A stretch of DNA of 64,000 nt, from positions 127 to 64,126 of the forward strand of contig JBGSXN010000044.1 in NCBI GenBank assembly GCA_041751355.1, in the 5' to 3' direction. This DNA is from Pyrinomonadaceae bacterium (lineage in GTDB: Bacteria > Acidobacteriota > Blastocatellia > Pyrinomonadales > Pyrinomonadaceae). The notes beneath the pieces are model-generated. The model saw nothing but the letters and a program-made list of their open reading frames with translations, was not told the origin of the DNA and made no database searches. A program made the translations under genes and the position numbers. Below, piece after piece: positions 54,755 through 62,897 of this stretch. The first letter of the stretch is position 1, and the number at the start of each line of letters is the position of its first letter.

Positions 54755-55309
54755 ATGGATTTCTTAACAAATCTTAATCTCCTTGCCTTATTCGCCATTA
54801 TCGGCGGCGTTGGCTTTGTGTTTCTTCTGATCTCGCTCGTTCTCGGTGACATCTTTGAGATGTTCGGCGGCGACGTCGATATCGGCGTTGATAGCGGCGT
54901 GGATTTTGGGTTTCTGGACAGCCGTGTGATCGCTGTTTTCATTACCGCGTTCGGTGGTTTTGGTGCGATCGGGGCACAGATGGGTTATGGTGCTGTCGGC
55001 AGTTCGCTGATCGGTCTTCTCGGCGGCTTAATATTTGGCGGCGTCGTTTCGCTTTTCGGCCGGTTTCTGATCGGCCAGCAGGCATCAAGCTCGGTGACGG
55101 ATAACGACCTGATCGGCCGAAATGCCCAAGTTGCCGTTGGCATAAAAGAAGGCTCGGTCGGGCAGATCTCGATCCGCATCGGCGACGATCGCGTAGAGAA
55201 GATCGCTCGCTCGACGGACGGCAGCGAGATCAAGGTCGGTGCGCTGGTCAAGGTGACTTCCGTAGCCGGCGATTCGGTGATCGTCGAGATAGAAAGAGGT
55301 GAAAAATAG
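54755..55309 (+). CDS. NfeD family membrane protein
   Basis: The membrane N-terminal half is followed by a C-terminal OB-fold-like segment (GRNAQVAVGIKEGSVGQISIRIGDDRVEKIARS...GALVKVTSVAGDSVIVE). It lies immediately upstream of a flotillin gene. Confidence 0.75.
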   Translation: MDFLTNLNLLALFAIIGGVGFVFLLISLVLGDIFEMFGGDVDIGVDSGVDFGFLDSRVIAVFITAFGGFGAIGAQMGYGAVGSSLIGLLGGLIFGGVVSLFGRFLIGQQASSSVTDNDLIGRNAQVAVGIKEGSVGQISIRIGDDRVEKIARSTDGSEIKVGALVKVTSVAGDSVIVEIERGEK

Positions 55310-56976
55310 TGGACTTATTATCGAATTACACAAATCTCCTGATACCCGTCATCATTCTGGTCATCGTCATCGCGGTGCTGATCGCCTTGATGCTTATCAG
55401 CCGAAACTATATCAAGGTTTCTCCGAATCAGGCCGCCGTCATATCGGGCCGACGCCGAAAACTGGCTGACGGCTCAGTCGCCGGCTACCGCCTTGTTCGC
55501 GGCGGTGCGACACTCGTATTTCCGTTTTTGGAAAAGGTCGAGTTTCTCGATCTCAACGTTATCACCGTGCCGCTCGCGACGACACGTGCTTACACGGTGC
55601 AGGGCGTTCCGGTCTCGGTCAAGGCGGTCGCCAACGTCAAGATCAAGGGCGACGACACTTCGCTTCGCTCGGCTGCCGAACGCTTTCTCGGGATGCCGCA
55701 GGAGCAATTTCACCGGCTTGTCTTCCAAACGCTCGAAGGCCACCTGCGCGCAATTCTCGGAACACTGACCGTCGAAGAGATCAACAACGACCGCCAGAGT
55801 TTCGCGATGAAGCTAACGACAGAGGCGGCGGGCGATCTCGAAAAAATGGGCATCGGCCTCGACGCTCTGACCATTCAGGAAATTTCAGATGAAGAAGGTT
55901 ATCTCGACGCTCTCGGTAAACGCCGCACGGCCGAGGTAAAACGCGACGCCGAGATCGGCCAGGCCGAGGCTAATCGAGATTCTAAGATAAAGGCTTCGCT
56001 TGCTCTGCAGGAGGGCGAAAAGGTCCGTCTAGAGACCGAGGCGCTCATCGCCCAGTCAAACCGCGAAACCGAGATCCAAAAGGCACAGGTTCAGGCCGAG
56101 ATCGAATCAGAACGTGCCAAGGCTAATCAGGCCGGCCCGCTTGCCGACGCCCGCGCCCAGCAGCAGGTCACCGTCGAAGAGGTTCGCGTCGAAAAGGTCC
56201 GCACCCAGGAGCAGATCGCCGTCCAGGAACAGGAAGTTCTGCGTAAGGAAAAGGAACTCGAAGCGACGGTCGTAAAACAGGCCGAGGCAGATCGCAAAGC
56301 CTCTGTTCTACGTGCTCAGGGATTACAGGAATCCGCGATCCTTGAAGCCGAAGGCCGCAAACAGGCCCAGATCGCAACCGCCGAAGCCCATGCTCAAACC
56401 CTTCAGCGTGAAGGCGAAGGCCGAGCGTCAGCCGTCGCAGCCGAAGGTAAGGCCGAGGCCGAAAAGATCCGTGCCGTTGGCCTTGCCGAGGCTGAAAAGC
56501 TGCAAGCTAAAGGCCTTGCCGAGGCAAAAGCCATCGAAGCTCAGGGATTAGCCGAGGCAAAGGCCATCATGGAAAAAGCCGCCGCGTGGCGTGAATTCAA
56601 TGATGCCGCACGGCTCCAGACGATCCTCGAAAAGCTTCCCGCGATCATCGAGTCCTCCGCACCTGTATTCCGTGCCGTCTCGGAACCACTTGGCAATATC
56701 GACAAGATCGTGATGATCGACCAAGGCGGAAACGGCAATGGCGACGGGCACCAGAGCGGGATCAACCGCTTCGCTCAAACCGGCCCGACCGTGATCTTCT
56801 CGCTCCTCCAGCAGCTGCAGGCACTCGGACTGAACATCCCCGAGATCATGTCACAGCTGGGCATTGACCAGGATCCGCCAAAACCGCCTCCCGCGAAGCC
56901 TGTCACTACGCCTGTGGTCAAGAGCGTGCCTCCTGAGCCGCCGCCGCAGCCGCCCAAGCCACCGCGGCTTGATTGA
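55309..56976 (+). CDS. flotillin (SPFH/band-7) family protein with Pro-rich tail
   Basis: The GTG start overlaps the NfeD stop (TAGTG). Has an N-terminal hairpin helix, an SPFH domain, a long Ala/Glu-rich coiled coil (EA repeats), and a PPKPPPAKP...PPEPPPQPPKPP tail. Confidence 0.88.
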   Translation: MDLLSNYTNLLIPVIILVIVIAVLIALMLISRNYIKVSPNQAAVISGRRRKLADGSVAGYRLVRGGATLVFPFLEKVEFLDLNVITVPLATTRAYTVQGVPVSVKAVANVKIKGDDTSLRSAAERFLGMPQEQFHRLVFQTLEGHLRAILGTLTVEEINNDRQSFAMKLTTEAAGDLEKMGIGLDALTIQEISDEEGYLDALGKRRTAEVKRDAEIGQAEANRDSKIKASLALQEGEKVRLETEALIAQSNRETEIQKAQVQAEIESERAKANQAGPLADARAQQQVTVEEVRVEKVRTQEQIAVQEQEVLRKEKELEATVVKQAEADRKASVLRAQGLQESAILEAEGRKQAQIATAEAHAQTLQREGEGRASAVAAEGKAEAEKIRAVGLAEAEKLQAKGLAEAKAIEAQGLAEAKAIMEKAAAWREFNDAARLQTILEKLPAIIESSAPVFRAVSEPLGNIDKIVMIDQGGNGNGDGHQSGINRFAQTGPTVIFSLLQQLQALGLNIPEIMSQLGIDQDPPKPPPAKPVTTPVVKSVPPEPPPQPPKPPRLD

Positions 56977-57054
56977 TAGGTTGAGTCCCGGCTTTAGCCG
57001 ACGCCACCACTAACGCACTGGGGCCGGACTTTGGTATCCTCTTCTCTTTCCCCG

Positions 57055-58338
57055 ATGAGAGAAGAGATATTAGAAACTAGATTCAATAATGGCCTCGTAG
57101 TACTTACCGACAAAATGCCCGGCGTGCGGTCGGCTACGCTTGGGTTCTTTTTCCGCGCGGGATCGCGGCATGAGCCCGCTGAGCTTAACGGCATATCACA
57201 CTTTATCGAGCATACGGTTTTTAAGGGCACGACGCGCCGCTCGGCCCTCGAGATCGCCATCGAGCAGGACCGTTTGGGCGGCAATCTCGATGCTTTTACT
57301 TCGCACGAAGAGACGGGGTTTGCCATCAAGGTAATTGACGACCAGCTTCCACAGGCGTTCGACCTGATCGCCGATATGCTTGCGAATCCGCGTTTTGACG
57401 CCGCCGACCTGAAAAGCGAGCAGCAGGTCATCATCGAGGAAATGAAAATGATCGAGGACTCTCCTGAGGAGTTTCTCGGCGACATCTTCAGCACTGCGTT
57501 TTTTCCCGATCACCCGTTGGGATTATCGATCGCCGGGACAAAGGATACGGTGCGGTCATTCAGCCCTGAGATCACATCGGGTTATCATCAGAATGTCTTC
57601 AATTCGAGTAATCTCGTGATCACCGCGGCGGGCAATATCGAGCACGATCAGGTGACCGATCTCGCAAAGAGAATGTTCGGCGGCTCGGCTTTATCGGAAA
57701 AAGCCAGCTCAAATGGCAATCTCGCCGCATCCGTCCCCAAGCTCGCCTCGCCATTTCTCATAACGCAGAAACGCGGGCTCGAACAAGCTCATCTGATCAT
57801 CGCGACTCCTCTTGTTTCCGCGATCGATGAACGCCGTTACGCCGCAGATCTGCTCGCAAATATCATCGGTGGCGGAACATCGAGCCGCTTATGGCAAAAG
57901 GTCCGCGAAGAGCGTGGTCTGGCGTACAGCGTTGGCTCATCATCGATCACTTATCAGGACTGCGGTTTATTCTCGATATTCGCCGGGTGCTCGCCGGAAC
58001 ATGTCCGTGATGTGGTCGATCTCAGCCTTGCCGAGTTGCGTGACATCGTAAATAATGGCGTTCGCCGCGAAGAACTCGATCTCGCCCGCCAGCAATCGAT
58101 TGCTTCGATCCTTTTGAGTCTCGAAGACTCGGCCGCCCGGGCCGCGACCCTCGCTCAGTCAGAAATGGTCCACGGCCGCCAGATCCCTGTCGAGGAAACG
58201 CTGGAAAAGATAAACGCCGTTACACACGACGACCTTGCCGATCTCGCGCGGGAATACTTCACGACATCGCAGATCGCATTCGCTGCCCTCGGCGATTTAA
58301 GAAAACTCAAACTCGGACCGGAAGACTTCGCGATCTGA
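57055..58338 (+). CDS. M16 family (pitrilysin/insulinase-like) peptidase
   Basis: Starts at the ATG at 57055. The inverted zinc motif is HFIEH, followed by VFKGT. Confidence 0.85.
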   Translation: MREEILETRFNNGLVVLTDKMPGVRSATLGFFFRAGSRHEPAELNGISHFIEHTVFKGTTRRSALEIAIEQDRLGGNLDAFTSHEETGFAIKVIDDQLPQAFDLIADMLANPRFDAADLKSEQQVIIEEMKMIEDSPEEFLGDIFSTAFFPDHPLGLSIAGTKDTVRSFSPEITSGYHQNVFNSSNLVITAAGNIEHDQVTDLAKRMFGGSALSEKASSNGNLAASVPKLASPFLITQKRGLEQAHLIIATPLVSAIDERRYAADLLANIIGGGTSSRLWQKVREERGLAYSVGSSSITYQDCGLFSIFAGCSPEHVRDVVDLSLAELRDIVNNGVRREELDLARQQSIASILLSLEDSAARAATLAQSEMVHGRQIPVEETLEKINAVTHDDLADLAREYFTTSQIAFAALGDLRKLKLGPEDFAI

Positions 58339-58464
58339 ACTTCGGTCATTCATCGCGCTTTGCATTTTTAGGAAATGCGTATATATTTCCGCTGAAATGA
58401 TAGAACTTGAGCGACAGCGATCGACGATGTCTGGCGATCCTCCAAACGATCAGTTGATGGACGA

Positions 58465-58719
58465 ATGAAATCTCACAGGAACATCACCGTTGTGGGAATC
58501 GGCTTGGTTATTCTAAGTCCTCTGGTTGGAATAATTGGAGCGGCGTGGAGTGTCTACGGCAGCTTTGACGCACTCTCACAATCCGAAGCGGCAGGAATTG
58601 GCTTGGTCGGCGGTTCCCAAATTGAACAAGCGTTGATCTTTTCGATCTGCGGGATACTCGGGGCCACCGTCGGTGTCCTGATGATCGTATTCGGGACACG
58701 CAAGGCTAGAAAACGTTAA
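58465..58719 (+). CDS. small membrane protein, weak MotA/TolQ/ExbB-like motif
   Basis: 84 aa with two TM helices. [16 protein letters not shown]...[16 protein letters not shown] is reminiscent of the ExbB/TolQ core. It overlaps the convergent queC 3' end by 14 nt. Confidence 0.35.
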   Translation: MKSHRNITVVGIGLVILSPLVGIIGAAWSVYGSFDALSQSEAAGIGLVGGSQIEQALIFSICGILGATVGVLMIVFGTRKARKR

Positions 58720-59392
58720 CATATTTTATCGGGTCCTCCACTCCTGCACGTTCAAACCCGCGAAGTCTCAGTGCACACGAATCGCACGTACCGCACGCCA
58801 GGTTCTCGCTTCGATAACATGACCATGTCAGGTGGAGCGGAGCATCGAGCTCGATTCCCTTCTTAACGATTTCCGACTTTGATAAATCAATGATCGGCGT
58901 GCGGATCTCGATGCGCGTTTCGGGTTTTGTTCCCGTATCGATGACCGACTGAAACGCCTTATAAAACTCGGGCCGGCAATCGGGATAACCGCTGGAATCT
59001 TCAGCCACCGCACCTATATATATCGCATTCGCTCCGATCACTTCGGCCCAACTCACCGCGATCGCCAGCATATTCGCATTGCGAAAGGGTACGTAACTTG
59101 TCGGTATCTCCTTTGATCTCAAATCAGCCTCAGTGACCTCCATTTTAGAGTCCGTCAATGAAGATCCTCCGATCTTTGCAAGGTGCTCGATCGAAATATC
59201 AAGGCGATTTTCCACTTCATAATGATCAGCAATGTCATTAAACGCCCAACGCTCGCGCGCCTCAGTCCGCTGACCGTAAGAGACATGCAGAAACGCGAAC
59301 TCGTAGCTCTCCTCCGCCGCGATCGCAGCCGTCACGCACGAATCCATCCCGCCTGATACCAGGCAAACTGCTTTTCTATTTAGTACAGACAT
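58706..59392 (-). CDS. queC: 7-cyano-7-deazaguanine synthase
   Basis: [12 protein letters not shown], plus the C-terminal zinc Cys cluster (SCY...CGTCDSC). Confidence 0.92.
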   Translation of the reverse strand: MSVLNRKAVCLVSGGMDSCVTAAIAAEESYEFAFLHVSYGQRTEARERWAFNDIADHYEVENRLDISIEHLAKIGGSSLTDSKMEVTEADLRSKEIPTSYVPFRNANMLAIAVSWAEVIGANAIYIGAVAEDSSGYPDCRPEFYKAFQSVIDTGTKPETRIEIRTPIIDLSKSEIVKKGIELDAPLHLTWSCYRSENLACGTCDSCALRLRGFERAGVEDPIKYVNVF

Positions 59393-59507
59393 TGCCGATC
59401 AAGTTTCGTCCCGATTAACATTCAAAAGCAATTCCCGTAGCCAGTCGCCGAAAATACCGAACTGAAGCAAACAGGAAGGCGTATAATTACCCGAGGCGGT
59501 TACAATT

Positions 59508-60005
59508 ATGTTTTGCCCACACTGCGCATCAAAGAATGATTTTGACCAGAATTTCTGCCGTTCCTGTGGCCTTAAGCTGGAAGCGATCTCGCGGAATGTC
59601 GCGGAACAATTCCCATCTGTCGAATATGCCGCCTTGCAAAAACGGAAAGAATTCATAGAAAGGCTTGGCATAGGCAGCTTAAGCATCGCGGCCCTTATCG
59701 CGATCAGCTTCGTTTTTTCCAAGATCATCGAGTATAAGCTTGTGATTGTCGGCGCCGAGATCATGTATTGGTCAGCATTCATTGCCTTTATCGTTTTCGG
59801 GCTCCTGTCAGTATTCTTATTTAATTATCCGAAACTTTTTATGAAGTTCGATGAGCTAAATCCGCGGCTTTCGACTCCGATCAATGACATTCAAGACAAA
59901 GCCTCGACCACAAATAAGCTTATCGAGGATCGGCCATTCGAACCGGCGAGCGTGACGGAAGACACGACGCGATCCCTGAAAACTGAAGAAAAAGTCCTTC
60001 GGTAA
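59508..60005 (+). CDS. zinc-ribbon membrane protein, unknown function
   Basis: MFCPHCASKNDFDQNFCRSCG is a zinc ribbon, followed by two TM helices. Confidence 0.55.
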   Translation: MFCPHCASKNDFDQNFCRSCGLKLEAISRNVAEQFPSVEYAALQKRKEFIERLGIGSLSIAALIAISFVFSKIIEYKLVIVGAEIMYWSAFIAFIVFGLLSVFLFNYPKLFMKFDELNPRLSTPINDIQDKASTTNKLIEDRPFEPASVTEDTTRSLKTEEKVLR

Positions 60006-60010
60006 CAGTT

Positions 60011-60664
60011 TTATACGCCTCTTGCCTCAGCACCCCAAATAAACTTGTGAAGCTGCAGATTCAGCCGCACCGGCAATGCGCTTGACGCGACTGCCTCGGC
60101 AATGCCCGTAAGATCATCGCTTCCATAAACAGGCGAAACCAGGACCTCTTTGGCTCTGTCAAGAAGGTCAAACTTCGCTATCACTTCTTTAGCAAACTCC
60201 CAATCAACGAGGTCGGTAACCACAAATTTAACCTCATCCAAATCGGGGCGGAGCCGCTCGAGATTTGGCCAGTGATTGCGTTCGGCCTCGCCGGATGTCG
60301 GGCATTTAACATCGAGGATGATCTTTGCCCGCAAATCGACAGCCTCGGTCGACACATATCCGCCGGTTTCGATCAGCACTTCATAACCGCGGTCGCAAAG
60401 CTCGGTTATGAAAGGAAAAACATTCTTTTGTGCAAGAGGTTCGCCGCCCGTTACCTCGACGAGCGGACATCCAAATTGCTCCAATTTCGCAAAAATATCT
60501 TCAAAGGACATCCGCTCGCCGCCAGTAAACGTATATTCGCTGTCGCACCATACACACCGCATTGGGCAGCCGGTCAGCCGTACGAACGCACACGGCCGTC
60601 CGGCATGCGACGATTCACCTTGTATCGACAGAAAGATTTCTGTTATTCGCAGCGTGTGGCTCAC
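60011..60664 (-). CDS. queE: 7-carboxy-7-deazaguanine synthase (radical SAM)
   Basis: EIFLSIQGES...FVRLTGCPMRCVWCDSEY contains CX3CX2C. The start is GTG. Confidence 0.9.
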   Translation of the reverse strand: MSHTLRITEIFLSIQGESSHAGRPCAFVRLTGCPMRCVWCDSEYTFTGGERMSFEDIFAKLEQFGCPLVEVTGGEPLAQKNVFPFITELCDRGYEVLIETGGYVSTEAVDLRAKIILDVKCPTSGEAERNHWPNLERLRPDLDEVKFVVTDLVDWEFAKEVIAKFDLLDRAKEVLVSPVYGSDDLTGIAEAVASSALPVRLNLQLHKFIWGAEARGV

Positions 60665-60671
60665 AAGATGA

Positions 60672-60796
60672 ATTTAGCCACGAATTACACGCATTATACA
60701 AACTGCTGAAAGCGGCCTAATATCCCAGGGCTTTCTATGGCCGGACGAAATATAAGAAAAGCAATTCGTAGCATTCGTGTAATTGGTGGCTAAAAG
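60672..60796. repeat. 125-nt inverted-repeat element in the queE/pepP divergent promoter region
   Basis: TTAGCCACGAATTACACG (60674-60691) and CGTGTAATTGGTGGCTAA (60776-60793) are complementary at 17/18 positions. The arms extend to about 36 nt (about 29/36) and show about 9-nt periodic words (ATTCGTAGC ATTCGTGTA ATTGGTGGC). Confidence 0.75.
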
Positions 60797-60828
60797 TTTT
60801 CTCTTAGTTACGCTAGAATATCGTTACC

Positions 60829-62181
60829 ATGCGAGAACAACTCAAACGATTCATCGATCAAATGGAGGAAAACTCCGTCGCGATTATCCCGGCCGCCCAT
60901 GAGGCCCGGCGAAGTTATGACACGGAGTTCAAATTCCGACAGGATTCCGATTTTTGGTACCTGACGGGATTTCCCGAGCCGGACGCGATCGCAGTGATAA
61001 CAGCCGGTGCCAAAAAGCGGTATACGCTTTACGTCCGCCCGCGTGATCCGGAAATGGAAACGTGGTTCGGCCGCCGTCAGGGCGTCGAGGGCGCCGTTAA
61101 AAATTACGGTGCCGACCGCTCGTTTTCTGTCGAGAAATTCTCATCCGACATCGGCAAGCTCCTCGACGGACGTGACAAGCTCTATTACCGCTTTGGCGTC
61201 GACGAAAAACTTGACCTGCAGATCCTCGGGTACCTGACCGAGCAACGCGTCCGCCGCCTAAAGACAGCCTACCCGCCGCACACGATCATTGACCCGACGC
61301 TGATAACCGGCGAGATGCGGCTGCACAAAAACGAGGACGAGGTGGCTATGATGCAAAAGGCGGCGGATATTGCCGTTGACGCTCATATTCTGGCGATGAA
61401 AAAGGTTAAGCCGGGAATGAACGAATTCCAGGTCGAGTCGCTGATGGAATCGTATATGCGTGACAAGGGAGCGAGCGGAGTCGCTTACAACTCGATCATC
61501 GGCGGCGGCGACAACGCGACCATCCTCCATTATGTCGAGAATAACGCGCCCCTCAACGACGGCGATTTGATACTCATCGACGCCGGAGCAGAATATCAAG
61601 GTTACGCATCGGACATTACCCGCACATTCCCGGTGAATGGACGTTACACTCCCGCTCAGCGTGAGGTGTATGACGTCGTCCTGGACGTTCAGCTCCAGTG
61701 CATCGAATACACAAAAACGGGAAACACAGTCAAAGGCCGTCAGGAATTTTCGATCGAGCTTCTGACCGAGGGGATGAAAAAGCTCGGACTGCTCAAGGGC
61801 AAGACGAAGGACCTGATCAAGAAAAAGTCGTACATGAAATACTACATGCACGGTGTCGGGCATTATCTCGGCCTCGACGTGCATGACGCCGGTCGATACT
61901 TTACCGATCAGACGGCTAAAAACTCCCGTCCGTTTGCACCCGGCATGGTCCTCACCGTCGAGCCCGGCCTGTACATTCCGCCTGACGACAAATCGGCTCC
62001 TTCCAAATACCGCGGCATCGGCATCCGCATCGAGGATGACGTTCTCGTAACTGAGGAGGGCAACGTCAACCTTACATCGCGTGTGCCAAAGCATGCCGAG
62101 GAGATAGAGGCACTTATGAATAACGGCCGTTCCGCATCGACAAGCTCAAAACCCGTGCGCAAAAAGGCCGCAAAAGTCTAA
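60829..62181 (+). CDS. pepP: Xaa-Pro aminopeptidase (M24B)
   Basis: AMP_N domain (FRQDSDFWYLTGF), then DGDLILIDAG, HGVGHYLGLDVHD and IRIEDD. Confidence 0.88.
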   Translation: MREQLKRFIDQMEENSVAIIPAAHEARRSYDTEFKFRQDSDFWYLTGFPEPDAIAVITAGAKKRYTLYVRPRDPEMETWFGRRQGVEGAVKNYGADRSFSVEKFSSDIGKLLDGRDKLYYRFGVDEKLDLQILGYLTEQRVRRLKTAYPPHTIIDPTLITGEMRLHKNEDEVAMMQKAADIAVDAHILAMKKVKPGMNEFQVESLMESYMRDKGASGVAYNSIIGGGDNATILHYVENNAPLNDGDLILIDAGAEYQGYASDITRTFPVNGRYTPAQREVYDVVLDVQLQCIEYTKTGNTVKGRQEFSIELLTEGMKKLGLLKGKTKDLIKKKSYMKYYMHGVGHYLGLDVHDAGRYFTDQTAKNSRPFAPGMVLTVEPGLYIPPDDKSAPSKYRGIGIRIEDDVLVTEEGNVNLTSRVPKHAEEIEALMNNGRSASTSSKPVRKKAAKV

Positions 62182-62613
62182 ATGAACTTTGACGCGATAG
62201 CCCGAGACCTTCCGGCACTTTTTTGCGCCCTTTTCGTCTCGATCCTTTTCCTGCAGTCGGGGCTCGACAAGTTACTCGACTGGGGCGGTAACCTTTCGTT
62301 TCTCAAGGACCATTTTTCAAAGACATTTCTCGCCGGCACGGTGCCGATGATGCTGGCAACCATCACAGTCATGGAACTGGTCACAGGCCTGCTTGCTGCC
62401 GCGGGCATCTTATATTGCCTTGCCACTGGCTCGCTGGTGATCGTATTCTATGCCGCGGTCATCGGAGCCGCGTCTGTCACAGCACTGTTTTTTGGCCAGC
62501 GCATCGCAAAGGACTATCCCGGAGCCGCCGTGCTCGTCCCTTACTTTATCCTCCTAGTTATTTTAATGATACTCAGTATGCCCTCCGGCTATCGTCAGTC
62601 GGGTTTCGGCTGA
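62182..62613 (+). CDS. DoxX-like membrane protein
   Basis: Four TM helices, and FLQSGLDKLLDW. It starts directly after the pepP stop. Confidence 0.55.
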   Translation: MNFDAIARDLPALFCALFVSILFLQSGLDKLLDWGGNLSFLKDHFSKTFLAGTVPMMLATITVMELVTGLLAAAGILYCLATGSLVIVFYAAVIGAASVTALFFGQRIAKDYPGAAVLVPYFILLVILMILSMPSGYRQSGFG

Positions 62614-62897
62614 TCATAAGAGTATCCTGACGCCCGCGAAAAACCCGCTTTTTCCTTTTCCCGACATCCGTGAATCCAAATCTCCGTTGCACTCGAATTA
62701 TTATTGAATCCAAATATGCTTAGCTCTCGAATACTCGAACATAGAAAATGATTCATAGGAAAAAGTTCTATATAATCAGTGTTGACTTACAATAAACACG
62801 ATCCTTACGATCACTCCGATGAGTTTTTGCGACCGTGATCGTATTTTCATTTTTCGAGCGATCGAAAAAAACTGCTTTCAACGAGGGGGAAAATAAT

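Noticed and set aside
59393-59507. preQ1 riboswitch upstream of queC.
   Set aside because: Reading the minus strand, I could not find the short hairpin plus A-rich tail of preQ1-I/II. A covariance-model scan would be needed to be sure.
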